A stretch of DNA of 64,000 bases from Gemmatimonadota bacterium. GTDB taxonomy: Bacteria; Gemmatimonadota; Gemmatimonadetes; Palauibacterales; Palauibacteraceae. The notes under the pieces are model-generated. The model ran no database searches. It had not been told where the DNA came from and saw only the letters and a list, made by a program, of their open reading frames with translations. Numbering within the stretch: position 1 is the first letter of the stretch; every line of letters starts with the position of its first letter. Below are positions 16,743-25,755 of this stretch, one piece after another. The stretch lies in the NCBI GenBank assembly GCA_039584685.1, contig JBDGXI010000011.1, positions 1,950 to 65,949 on the forward strand, in the 5' to 3' direction. Position numbers and translations under genes: made by a program.

Positions 16743-17723
16743 GTGAGACGGGGCGCTGCCGTCACCTGGGAGCAGGTGCGGGTCGGACTGCTGATCCTCG
16801 TGTCTCTCGCGGTGCTCTCGGTCGCGGTCTTCCTGGTCGGCGACGCGGGACGTGTATTCGGGGAACGGTACGGTCTCGTGACGCTTGTACGCTCAGCTTC
16901 CGGACTCGTCCCCGGAGCCGCCGTTCAACTCGCAGGTCAGACGGTCGGGCAGGTGTCCGACATCCGGTTCATCTCGCCCGGCGATCGTCCGGAAAGCCAG
17001 GAGGCTGTCGCCATCTGGCTCGCGATCAACATCGAAGTGCAGGACCAGATCCGCGAGGACTCGAGAGCCCAGGTCCGGACCCAGGGCCTGCTGGGGGACC
17101 GACTGATCGACATCCGACCGGGCAGTTCGGGCGCCCGCGTTCTCCAGCCCGGGGATACGGTCGCATCGGCGGCTTCTCTGGATTACGACGCGTTGCTCGC
17201 GGAGGGAGCGGAGGCGGTCGGTGACCTGACCGACGTCGCCAGACAACTGTCGGATCTCACCCGCGGGCTTCTCGAAGGCCGCGGCACGCTAGGACAGCTC
17301 GTGGTAGATCCGGAGCTGTACGAGAGCCTGGTCGGGCTGGCGGAGAGCCTGGACAATCTGGTCGCGTCGGCGGCCTCGCCTGATGGCACCCTGATGCGAA
17401 TGCTGACGGACGACACGCTCTACGCAGCCGTGCGGTCGGCCGTCACATCTTTCGACACGCTCACCCGCTCGGTGGTCGAGGGAGAGGGGACGCTGGGACA
17501 ACTCGTTCGTTCGGACAGCCTGTATCGCGAGCTCAACGGGACAGTGTCGAGGGCGGACTCCCTGCTTGCCGGGTTGCTGGCCGGAGAGGGATCTGCGGGC
17601 CGTCTATTCAGTGACGAGGAGCTCTACGAAGAGCTCCTCCGAACGCTGGTCGAGCTGAACGCCATGCTGGAAGACGTACGCCGGGATCCAGCCCGCTATG
17701 TGCCCGAGATCTCGGTGTTCTGA
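16743..17723 (+). CDS. mlaD: MCE-domain protein MlaD (outer membrane lipid asymmetry maintenance), with a long helical C-terminal extension
   Basis: N-terminal TM (LLILVSLAVLSVAVFLVG) followed by an MCE domain, in mlaE-mlaF-mlaD operon order. 326 aa. Confidence 0.75.
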   Translation: MRRGAAVTWEQVRVGLLILVSLAVLSVAVFLVGDAGRVFGERYGLVTLVRSASGLVPGAAVQLAGQTVGQVSDIRFISPGDRPESQEAVAIWLAINIEVQDQIREDSRAQVRTQGLLGDRLIDIRPGSSGARVLQPGDTVASAASLDYDALLAEGAEAVGDLTDVARQLSDLTRGLLEGRGTLGQLVVDPELYESLVGLAESLDNLVASAASPDGTLMRMLTDDTLYAAVRSAVTSFDTLTRSVVEGEGTLGQLVRSDSLYRELNGTVSRADSLLAGLLAGEGSAGRLFSDEELYEELLRTLVELNAMLEDVRRDPARYVPEISVF

Positions 17724-17739
17724 TGCCCCTCGCGTCGGA

Positions 17740-18222
17740 TCAGCTGGAACCGTCGCCCAACTCGTGCAGGGTCTCGAACGCCACGATCCGGTAGCGGATA
17801 CGGCCGTTCGGCAACGAGACGTCTACCTCGTCCCCATTCCCCTTACCCAGCAGGGCCTTTCCGATCGGAGAGGCCATGGAGATCTCCGCCTTCTCGAAGT
17901 CCAGGTAGTCTCCGAATGCGATCGTATAATGCTCGACGGTCCGGTCGTCGAGGTCCTCGACCTCGACTCGAGATCCGAATCCGATCCTATCAGCGGGGAC
18001 CTGATCGAGGTCGATCTCGCTCACCTCGCCGAGCCGGCGGGAGATATGATCCAACCGTGCCCGGACGAACTGCTGTCGCTCCAGCGCGGCTGTGTACTCT
18101 GCGTTCTCGCTCAGGTCGCCCTGCGCGACGGCTTTCTCGATCTCGCGGGGAAGGGTCACGTTCAGCTCGTGAAACAGAGCCTCGGCTTCCCCGTTCAGGC
18201 GTTCCAGTAGCTCGTCCAGCAC
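17740..18222 (-). CDS. greA: Transcription elongation factor GreA
   Basis: GDLSENAEYTAALERQ and the C-terminal FKBP-like VEVEDLDDRTVEHYTIAFGDY...ISMASPIGKALLGK. GTG start at 18222 is preceded by AAGGAGG. Confidence 0.85.
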   Translation of the reverse strand: MLDELLERLNGEAEALFHELNVTLPREIEKAVAQGDLSENAEYTAALERQQFVRARLDHISRRLGEVSEIDLDQVPADRIGFGSRVEVEDLDDRTVEHYTIAFGDYLDFEKAEISMASPIGKALLGKGNGDEVDVSLPNGRIRYRIVAFETLHELGDGSS

Positions 18223-18348
18223 GTCCGCTTCCTCCTTGCTTCCGTGGTGGGACCCGTCCCCGTCGGCACCTGCTAGTCAGGATCCGACCGGAGCGGCCCA
18301 AAAAAGAAAAACTCCGCGACCCGGCCACCGGCCGAGCGCGGATAGTGA

Positions 18349-18708
18349 TGGAGGTGCCGGGAATCGCACCCGGGTCCGCGAAGCCTTCACCCTCGGTCTC
18401 TACGTGCGTATTCGAGGATCAGATCTCACCGACCGTAGGGCTCCTCAACGGCCCACTGTCGGCCAGCCACTGGCGGCTTTCGCCATCTCGTCTACGCAGC
18501 CTGCGGCCTGCTACGGAGACCAGCCCGAATCATCGGCGCTCCCCCGACCGCCTCGGGCGGGCTGCCTGGGGAACGGGCTACGTTAGTTACGCAGCCAAAG
18601 CCAAGTTGTCGTTGGCAGTTGTGTTTTTTCCCGGTGTTTCACGAGGTTCCGGGAAACCTCGGCACGCTACCTCAGGATCCGAAAACGCGTCGAATCTATT
18701 TCACCCCC
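18349..18708 (-). ncRNA. ssrA: tmRNA (SsrA), one-piece, tag peptide ANDNLALAA; the 3' CCA is not encoded
   Basis: 5' GGGGGUGAAAUAGAUUCGACGCG... matches the E. coli GGGGCUGAUUCUGGAUUCGACGGG. Conserved GCGUGCCGAGG. ORF GCC AAC GAC AAC UUG GCU UUG GCU GCG UAA gives ANDNLALAA-stop. The 3' tRNA-like end GGACCCGGGUGCGAUUCCCGGCACCUCCA has a T-arm, acceptor strand complementary to the 5' GGGGGUG, and discriminator A. About 360 nt. Confidence 0.85.
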
Positions 18709-18939
18709 TCGTTATCAATCAGCGGCGCCTGAGCGCACACGGCCGCCGCAAGAAGCGACCGCCGCGAATATCTGACACTAAACCTGCCGCCGGGTTCCGT
18801 CAATCTCCATCGGTGGACTGGAAAGAGGGACCCACCGCCTTTGCAGCCGTTCGAGGAACCCAATATACTCCACGTTCCCGAAGTTAGATGAACGACCGGG
18901 TCGGAAGCCCATCTGCGTGCCGACCAGGAGAAGATAGAT

Positions 18940-19392
18940 ATGCAACTGCGCGACTTCTTTACGCTGGACGCCATCAAACTCGACCTGGCGGCGGAGACGA
19001 AGGACGAGGCTCTCCGTGAGCTCGTCGGCCTGCTCGGGCTGGACGAGAAGTCGAGAGGCATCCTGTTCAAGATGCTGAAGCGGAGGGAGAATCTCGGATC
19101 CACGGGAATCGGGCGGCGTATCGCGATCCCGCACTGTCGTTCGCTCGTGGTCAATCGGTTGCGCGTGGCTTTCGGCAGGAAGTTGCCCGGGATCGACTGG
19201 GATGCGATCGACAAGAAGCCCGTCCAGCACATCTTCCTGATCGTGGCTCCGCCCCTCGAGGTCTCGAACCAGTATCTGCCTGTACTGGGACGCATCGCCC
19301 AGTTCGGCAAGGAACCGGACGTTCCGGAGCGGCTCGCCCGGATAGAATCGCCGGAGGAGTTCATTTCCCTGCTGGAGGAAAAGGGAGTCTGA
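18940..19392 (+). CDS. ptsN: PTS IIA-like nitrogen regulatory protein PtsN (EIIA-Ntr)
   Basis: LGSTGIGRRIAIPHCRS (active-site His region of the fructose/mannitol-type IIA) ... HIFLIVAP. 150 aa. GGAG 9 nt upstream of the ATG. Confidence 0.8.
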   Translation: MQLRDFFTLDAIKLDLAAETKDEALRELVGLLGLDEKSRGILFKMLKRRENLGSTGIGRRIAIPHCRSLVVNRLRVAFGRKLPGIDWDAIDKKPVQHIFLIVAPPLEVSNQYLPVLGRIAQFGKEPDVPERLARIESPEEFISLLEEKGV

Positions 19393-19394
19393 AC

Positions 19395-19751
19395 ATGCAT
19401 CCGCAGCTTGAGCTGCTGTTGGAGCTGCAGGATCTTCACACCCAGCGGCGGGCGCTGCACGACGAACCTCTGCGAGAAGTGGAAGCAGCGGTATTCGAGT
19501 TGCGGCCCGACGAAGCCCTGGTCCTTCTGGACGCCAAGATTTTGGAGCTCGCCGGTCGCCTGGACCCCGGTATTCAGCGTCGGTATCGGGATCTCATCTC
19601 GACGCTGGACCGGGCGGTCGCCCCGGTCCTGAATGGTGTCTGCTACGGGTGTTTCGTCGCGACACCCACAGCCTGGTCTTCGGAAGCGGGCCGGAACGAC
19701 AGCGTCGGCGTGTGCGCGCACTGCGGGCGGTTCCTCTACTACGTGGACTGA
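19395..19751 (+). CDS. C4-type zinc-ribbon protein (COG1579-like, short form)
   Basis: N-terminal coiled-coil-like segment and C-terminal CYGC...(20)...CAHC. It begins 3 nt after the ptsN stop. 118 aa. Confidence 0.5.
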   Translation: MHPQLELLLELQDLHTQRRALHDEPLREVEAAVFELRPDEALVLLDAKILELAGRLDPGIQRRYRDLISTLDRAVAPVLNGVCYGCFVATPTAWSSEAGRNDSVGVCAHCGRFLYYVD

Positions 19752-19785
19752 ACCGCCTCGCCGTCGCGGGTGGTGGCCAGCTCTC

Positions 19786-21666
19786 TCACCCCGCGACTCT
19801 TCCCTCGGGCGTCCTTCTGGTGACGCCGTTTCGGTCCATGTGCTCCAGCAGCGGTATGAGGTACTTGCGCGTGAGTCCGAGCTTCTGGCCAAAGGCTCCC
19901 GGAGCGACCGCTTCCCCGCTGGCGATACTCCTCACGAGGTCTCGGGCCCTGGCCTCGGACTCTCGGGTCACGAAGATCTCGGGGGTCACTCTGACTACCT
20001 CGCCCCGCTCGACGAGCAACCTCAGGAGGTCGTTGAGAACATCCCGATCGACTCCGAGCAGAGTAGCCAGCTCAGGTGGCGACGGCGGGGCCAGTCCAAC
20101 ATCTGTCAGGACGGCCACCAGGGCGGTCATGGCTTCCTCCTCAGTCGCGCTGAGTCCAGCCGTGTGACCGGCGAGCCTGATGCCCGGTCCCTCCACCACG
20201 ACATGGCCGCCGGAGGCCAGCCCTGCGATCGCGTGGTCGATGAGGTCCGTGGCGAACCGACCGGACAGGCCGGCTCGCACGGACTCGAGGGATTCCGTGG
20301 ACGTCCGTCTCCTTAGCTCGTGAGCGCTCTGGAGGTGACGGAGGACGGCTTCCGAGGCTGCCTCGACTTGGGTGCGCCCGTACCACGCTCCACCAACGGC
20401 CTTAACCGCGCCGCTACCCGCCAGGAGGTCGTCGGCTCTCTCCGCCGAGAAACCAGTCTCGATCGGGAGGTCCTCCATCTTGAGCCCGCTCCCCCCGGCG
20501 GCTTCTACCGCGGCGACGATGGATTCCTCGGCCGTGCCATCCAGGATGAAACCCCAGGCTTCGAGCCGCTCCCTCCAGCCCCTCGGTGGCTCCAGGGCGC
20601 ACACCACACCCCCTCCTACCGTGGTCACCGGCGAGTAGAACCTGAGGATGAACCGATCGCCAACCCGCGCGACCACAGGCCGCTCGCAGTCGAGAACAAC
20701 CCAGCCCCGACCCTCGGGCCGAATCGGATCACGGTCCACTGTACGGACCCGAGCCATGATCTCAGCGGTGCCGAGAAACAACCGGACACGTTGACCGTGC
20801 TCGACCTCTCGCGTGACGCCTGGCGGTACCTCGACACGGGCGCCCAGTCGACTCGATAGTCTCCAGCCGCGACCCGCCACTACGACACTGCCTCTGTCGG
20901 CCTGAGCCGCATCGATACCGACCAGGGCCATGGCGCATCTGCGGGCCGGGCCGACCTCCTGGCGCCCGTCCCCGTGCACTTGAAGGGACCTCACCCTGGC
21001 CCTCACGTCTGCCGACAGAATGCGAACCTTGTCGCCGACCCTCACCCGCCCACTCCACGTCGTGCCGGTGACCACTGTTCCCGCCCCACTCACGCTGAAC
21101 GACCGATCGATCGGCATTCGAAACAGGTCGTCCTCGTCACGCCCCCTCGTGACCAGGGAAACCGTACGGATCGCATCTCGCAATTCGTCGAGTCCCTGGC
21201 CCGTGGTCGCTGACACCTCAACGATCGGCCAATCCACGCGCCCGACCAGGTTCTCAAGTTCCTCACGCGTCGCATCGCGGATCAGGTCGAGCCAGTCGTC
21301 ATCGACGCGGTCCACCTTGTTCAGCGCCACGACCCCGTGTCGAATCCCCAGCAGGCGTGCGATTGTGAGGTGCTCACGCGTTTGCGGCATCGGCCCTTCG
21401 TCTGCCGCCACCACCAGGAGCAGGAGGTCGATTCCCGTGGACCCCGTGAGCATGTTCTTCACGAAGTCCTCGTGCCCCGGCACGTCCACGATGCCGCTGT
21501 CCACGCCCGGGGTCATTTCCAGAGGAGCGAAACCGATATCGATGGTCAGCCCGCGCTCGCGCTCTTCCGTCCACCGGTCCGTCTCGACGCCCGTGAGAGC
21601 TCGCACGACCGACGTCTTGCCGTGATCCACGTGTCCGGCCGTGCCGATCACGACACCGCGGCTCAT
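19786..21666 (-). CDS. selB: Selenocysteine-specific translation elongation factor SelB
   Basis: MSRGVVIGTAGHVDHGKTSVVRALTGVETDRWTEERERGLTIDIGFA ... DVPGHEDFVKNM ... NKVD (GTPase G1-G4 with the SelB-specific context), plus a roughly 250-aa C-terminal winged-helix region as in SECIS-binding SelB. ATG at 21666 overlaps the recO stop (ATGA). The ORF track's upstream 156 aa are an Arg/Gly artefact. 626 aa. Confidence 0.85.
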   Translation of the reverse strand: MSRGVVIGTAGHVDHGKTSVVRALTGVETDRWTEERERGLTIDIGFAPLEMTPGVDSGIVDVPGHEDFVKNMLTGSTGIDLLLLVVAADEGPMPQTREHLTIARLLGIRHGVVALNKVDRVDDDWLDLIRDATREELENLVGRVDWPIVEVSATTGQGLDELRDAIRTVSLVTRGRDEDDLFRMPIDRSFSVSGAGTVVTGTTWSGRVRVGDKVRILSADVRARVRSLQVHGDGRQEVGPARRCAMALVGIDAAQADRGSVVVAGRGWRLSSRLGARVEVPPGVTREVEHGQRVRLFLGTAEIMARVRTVDRDPIRPEGRGWVVLDCERPVVARVGDRFILRFYSPVTTVGGGVVCALEPPRGWRERLEAWGFILDGTAEESIVAAVEAAGGSGLKMEDLPIETGFSAERADDLLAGSGAVKAVGGAWYGRTQVEAASEAVLRHLQSAHELRRRTSTESLESVRAGLSGRFATDLIDHAIAGLASGGHVVVEGPGIRLAGHTAGLSATEEEAMTALVAVLTDVGLAPPSPPELATLLGVDRDVLNDLLRLLVERGEVVRVTPEIFVTRESEARARDLVRSIASGEAVAPGAFGQKLGLTRKYLIPLLEHMDRNGVTRRTPEGRVAG

Positions 21667-22397
21667 CGAGCCTCCTCGGAGAGCAGGAATTCGAGAGAGC
21701 GAAGCCGAATGCCCTCGGCAGCGTGGTGGCGGACGAACTCGATCAGGAGGCGGACCTGCTGACCGGATGGAGAGGGGCCCTCTGGAACCCCTGCGGCCAG
21801 CCGTCGCAGCACAGAGATCTCGGCGGGAGATAGGGACCCACCGCCCGGCAGACAGCGTTCGCATGCGAGCGTACCCTCCCGCACGTCGAGGCGCCCGCCC
21901 CTGGACTCCAGGAGGTCCCCGCATCGCGAGCAGCCACCGAGGTCCGGAGCGAAACCGAGCACATCCACCACGGTCCAGATCGCGGCCGCTGCAGTGCCAC
22001 GCACGACCCCTGGCCGGGCAGCAAGAAGTGCGTCCAGACCGCCAGTAAGAGCCGCGAACAAGGCCTCGTCCCGTTCGGCCGGCGCCAGGCGAAGGACCAG
22101 CTCGCTCAGAACGCTGGCGGCCGAGAAACGCCACAGGTCGCGGCCCAGCGCCTGCCTCTCTCGCTCGAGGTCGAAGTCGGAGAGGGTGTGGAGATCCCGG
22201 TCGGGTTTGAGATAGAAGGTGGCCGATCCCTCAGCGAACGGTTCGAGCACGCCCGAGAAACGGCTTCGAGGTCGAAGAGCTCCTCGCGCCATCACGGACT
22301 GCGGACCGTGGTCCAGAGTCAGAAGACGCAGGATCTTGCTGGTGTCGCTGTACGGGTACGTCTGCAGCACCACGCTGCGGGTGGTCACGATCGGCAC
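21663..22397 (-). CDS. recO: DNA repair protein RecO
   Basis: MPIVTTRSVVLQTYPYSDTSKILRLLTLDHG ... ARGALRPRSRFSGVLEPF, with a C-terminal zinc motif CSRC...CERC. 244 aa. Confidence 0.8.
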   Translation of the reverse strand: MPIVTTRSVVLQTYPYSDTSKILRLLTLDHGPQSVMARGALRPRSRFSGVLEPFAEGSATFYLKPDRDLHTLSDFDLERERQALGRDLWRFSAASVLSELVLRLAPAERDEALFAALTGGLDALLAARPGVVRGTAAAAIWTVVDVLGFAPDLGGCSRCGDLLESRGGRLDVREGTLACERCLPGGGSLSPAEISVLRRLAAGVPEGPSPSGQQVRLLIEFVRHHAAEGIRLRSLEFLLSEEAR

Positions 22398-22459
22398 GCG
22401 GCCAAGCTACCCGGGGCCTCGTGCAGCGGCAAACCGGGACCGCTGCGAAGCGGCACGGC

Positions 22460-23587
22460 TCACCTGAGAGCGAGATCGGTCGTGCCGAACCCCGAAGCGA
22501 CCTCGTGGATGAACGAGCCGCCACTACTCGCCAGGATCAGTCGACCCGCCTCAGCGAAGCTGAAGGTCACGCACACGATCCTCCCGTCCGCCAGGGCGGT
22601 GGCCGCCCAGCAGTCGACCCGCCGGCCGTTGCCGCCGATGACGGGGATCGGGTCAGCCGGCCCACGGGCGAACGCGCCGCTTGCGGGGTCGTACCTGAGG
22701 AGATTCAGCGTCTGGAAATCCGCCGTAGTGCTGATGTAGGAAAACCCGTCCGCGCCGAACTCCAGCGACACGCCGTTCGCCTCCAGGGGCAATACGGGTC
22801 CCGTCGTGCCAGTCTCGAGGTCGACGATCACCAGTGCCCCATCGTTGGCCGGCAGGAACGTCGTGGAGTCGAAGGTGCCAGCCGCCAGCACTATCATATC
22901 GCCCCCCGAGACCACCGCGTCAGTGGGATTGAACGCGCCGGGCGGAAGGTCTATTACCCGCTGCTCGACCCCGGATCGGGAGAGCACCACGATCCTACCC
23001 GGTCCTAGTGGTTCGTACGATCCGCCATCGTCGTCGATATTGGCGTCCACGGCGAACAGGCGCTCTCCCACCGGCAGCACTCTCTCGACGAAAGTCCCCA
23101 CATCCCTCGCAATTGACTCCGCCAGCGTCTCGCCGGGCATCACCCGATACACCGCGTCGCTCCCCCGCCCGCCGACCCATGCGATCCCCTGCTCGTCGAA
23201 CGAGGCGGCGGAAGGATTCGCCGCATCCCCCTCCGGTTCCGGGAAGAAGCTGGTAGACAGAATGCCGGAGGAAAGGTCTACGAACAGCACACGACTGCCG
23301 CCGAAGCTGGACACCGTAGCGACGGCGAAGGCCGCCGTGAGATCGAGTCTGTCTCCGTCAAACCCGGCCCCCAGATCAACGGGTACTCCGGACGCCGCCA
23401 CGGTCTCCGAGACCGAGAACGCTGCCAGGGTCTGCCCCGTCGAATTGAGAACCATGATGTCGTCGCCGGTCGGTCGAGGGGGCTCGCTCGTGGACTCACT
23501 GCAACCGCCGGTCGCGACCGCGGCGAGCGCGAGGAATCGCAGAACGGGACACCGGAATCGCCCGGTCCCGATCGGGTTATGGATCAT
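22460..23587 (-). CDS. Putative surface/periplasmic lipoprotein, beta-propeller-like (candidate BtuG-like B12-capturing protein)
   Basis: Signal and lipobox-like LALAAVATGGCSES. The 375-aa Gly/Asp/Thr-rich repetitive beta-strand pattern is consistent with a propeller. Its ATG overlaps the stop of the upstream TonB-dependent receptor (ATGA), so it is co-transcribed with the riboswitch-controlled operon. Confidence 0.5.
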   Translation of the reverse strand: MIHNPIGTGRFRCPVLRFLALAAVATGGCSESTSEPPRPTGDDIMVLNSTGQTLAAFSVSETVAASGVPVDLGAGFDGDRLDLTAAFAVATVSSFGGSRVLFVDLSSGILSTSFFPEPEGDAANPSAASFDEQGIAWVGGRGSDAVYRVMPGETLAESIARDVGTFVERVLPVGERLFAVDANIDDDGGSYEPLGPGRIVVLSRSGVEQRVIDLPPGAFNPTDAVVSGGDMIVLAAGTFDSTTFLPANDGALVIVDLETGTTGPVLPLEANGVSLEFGADGFSYISTTADFQTLNLLRYDPASGAFARGPADPIPVIGGNGRRVDCWAATALADGRIVCVTFSFAEAGRLILASSGGSFIHEVASGFGTTDLALR

Positions 23588-25755
23588 GAATCGGCCCTCC
23601 TTGCCTCGAGGCGCGCCGTGAGCCGCCTCCCGGGCTCGGGAAACAGTTCGGTAAGCTGGAATCTCCGGTCGAGTACGTTCTCCACCTTCAGGAAGAGCCC
23701 GAAGCGGAGATTGCGTGAGCGAAAGTGATGGCGCGCGGACAGGTCCACCGTCCTGAACCCGGCGAGGGACCGGGTCCCCGCAAGACCGGTCGTGCGCGAG
23801 CCCGTATGCCGAAGATCTATCCTACCGCCCAGCGCTCCGCTCCAACCTTCCAGGCTCAGCCGGGCCGTGCTCTGCGGCTCGTACGGCAATGGGTTCCGGT
23901 TGCTTCCAAACCCGACTCGACTTCGCTGAATCGCCCCGGCTACCTGTGCTCGCCAGCCAACCCGGGCCACGCCCGGAGCCGCCACCTGAATCAGGAAATC
24001 GATCCCCGTGGCCCGAAGCTCCCCGAGGTTAGTCGGACTCCAGACCGCGACGGAACTGGGAAGCCATACGATGGGACTCTCGGTGCGGCGGGCCCACGCG
24101 GTGGCAGTCGCCTCCAGATCGACCGCACCGAGAGCGGCTCCCGTCCGTGCTCCCGCTTCCAGGTCGAACGTGGTCCGCTCGGGCGCCAGATCGGGGTTGG
24201 GTCGGAGCCGGTACTGTGACGCGAAATAGAGGTCTCCGAATGTCGGGAGACGGAACCCCTGCCCCAGCCGACCCCACACACGCGTCCTGGTGCTCGCCAG
24301 CCACGTCGCGGATAGCTCCGGACTGGCAGCGACCAGGTCATCCGAGAAGTCCAGCGACAGCTTCGGGTCCATCCGGAAGGACCCTGCGGACAGGGAGGCC
24401 GCCGTCCTGACACCGACAACGGTCCGGCCGGGCGCACCATCGATCCGGTCGCCCTGCACCGTCTCGCGAGCCAAGCGGGCCCCGATCACCACGGGCACGG
24501 CGGGAAGATCTCCGTCAGCGGCCAGTCGGAAGTCCTGAACGTATTGCGTCGATGCCGGATCTGCCGCGGAAGCCCGATAGCCGACGCTTCTCCATCCATA
24601 GCTCCCGGACGCTCTGACCGAATGCGTAGTAAGGCCTGCTGCCGCGATCCAGCTCTGGTCCGCGGCCCGAGCACTCTCGAACAGGCTCGTCCCTGCTCGG
24701 CCCGGCACACCCCGCTCAGCCGCGTCGAACCGGAGGCTTGCGTGCAGCGGACCCGCGGCCCCCTCGAGCGCCCCGTGCACGGACGCCGCATCGGCGTTGG
24801 TCCGAACCTCGGTCGTCTCACCGGAAACCGCCGGATTGCGAAATGAGAAGTCATTCCGAACGCGCTCGGCCGCGAACGACACGCCGAGGCGTCGTTCGCC
24901 CGCCGCGGCATCCGCCTGTACGTCGAGTCCGGCATCGCCGAACGAGCCCATCCGGACCGCGCCTCCCACCCCTCTCCCCTTTCCGACTCGCGAGGACAGA
25001 AGCAGAGCTCCAGCCGCGGCCCCTGAACCGTACGAAGCGGATCCCGCTCCGAACACGAGAGTACCGGATTCGAGTGTCGAGGTCGGGATCATCGACAGGT
25101 CCGCCCGGCCTGTGAGAGGGTCGTTCAACGGCACACCGTCCAGGAGGACGAGAACGTCTTCGGGACGGCTCCCCCTCACCGACAGTGCCTGCCGTCCCCC
25201 GGCCCCTCTGCGGACCGAGACACCCGGGACATCGGCCAGCCACTCGGCTACCGTGGCATAGGTGAGCGATTCCTCGCGGAACTGAATCCGGATTGCTGAG
25301 CGCACCGGTGGACCGGCGCCCATGCGGTCGCCGGTCGCGACAATCGGAGGCAGTTCGTACGGATCGACCGATAAGACCATGCGGAGCGTCGTTGCGCGAG
25401 AAGGCTGGACCTCCGCTACCCGATCCCGGTGTGCGGGCGCACGAGCGACCAGCCTGTACCGCGTCCCGGCCTCGAGCGCGAGCTCGACGGGCCCGGTCAT
25501 CGTGGCGATGGACGTGTCGCTCGCGCCTCCGTCCCGCAGCAATGAGAGTCGCACCACACTCAGGCTCGCACCCGTCACTGGCCCGCCACCCTCGGAAACC
25601 AGGTGCACGGTGACCGGGACTTCCCGCTGACCATCCTGCTGGATGCCCGACATAGTGGCGGGAGCGGCAAGAACCCCAGACAGGCAGGCGGCCAGGCGTC
25701 CCGCCACGCGATACGCGAGCAATCGGGGCTTCCGATGGAGCCGGCCGGCCATCAT
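23584..25755 (-). CDS. TonB-dependent outer-membrane receptor (SusC/RagA-like, with an N-terminal carboxypeptidase-regulatory-like domain); likely cobalamin/corrinoid receptor
   Basis: Signal peptide, CarbopepD_reg-like segment (VTVHLVSEGGGPVTGASLSVV...), plug-domain motifs (VSVRRGAGGRQALSVRGSRPEDVLVLLDGVPLND) and a roughly 500-aa beta-barrel region. It lies downstream of the ABC transporter genes under the cobalamin riboswitch. Confidence 0.8.
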   Translation of the reverse strand: MMAGRLHRKPRLLAYRVAGRLAACLSGVLAAPATMSGIQQDGQREVPVTVHLVSEGGGPVTGASLSVVRLSLLRDGGASDTSIATMTGPVELALEAGTRYRLVARAPAHRDRVAEVQPSRATTLRMVLSVDPYELPPIVATGDRMGAGPPVRSAIRIQFREESLTYATVAEWLADVPGVSVRRGAGGRQALSVRGSRPEDVLVLLDGVPLNDPLTGRADLSMIPTSTLESGTLVFGAGSASYGSGAAAGALLLSSRVGKGRGVGGAVRMGSFGDAGLDVQADAAAGERRLGVSFAAERVRNDFSFRNPAVSGETTEVRTNADAASVHGALEGAAGPLHASLRFDAAERGVPGRAGTSLFESARAADQSWIAAAGLTTHSVRASGSYGWRSVGYRASAADPASTQYVQDFRLAADGDLPAVPVVIGARLARETVQGDRIDGAPGRTVVGVRTAASLSAGSFRMDPKLSLDFSDDLVAASPELSATWLASTRTRVWGRLGQGFRLPTFGDLYFASQYRLRPNPDLAPERTTFDLEAGARTGAALGAVDLEATATAWARRTESPIVWLPSSVAVWSPTNLGELRATGIDFLIQVAAPGVARVGWRAQVAGAIQRSRVGFGSNRNPLPYEPQSTARLSLEGWSGALGGRIDLRHTGSRTTGLAGTRSLAGFRTVDLSARHHFRSRNLRFGLFLKVENVLDRRFQLTELFPEPGRRLTARLEARRADS

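Noticed and set aside
18709-18939. Possible sigma-54 promoter or small RNA between ssrA and ptsN
   Set aside because: No convincing GG-N10-GC element or structured motif could be identified by eye, so this is left as plain intergenic or promoter region.
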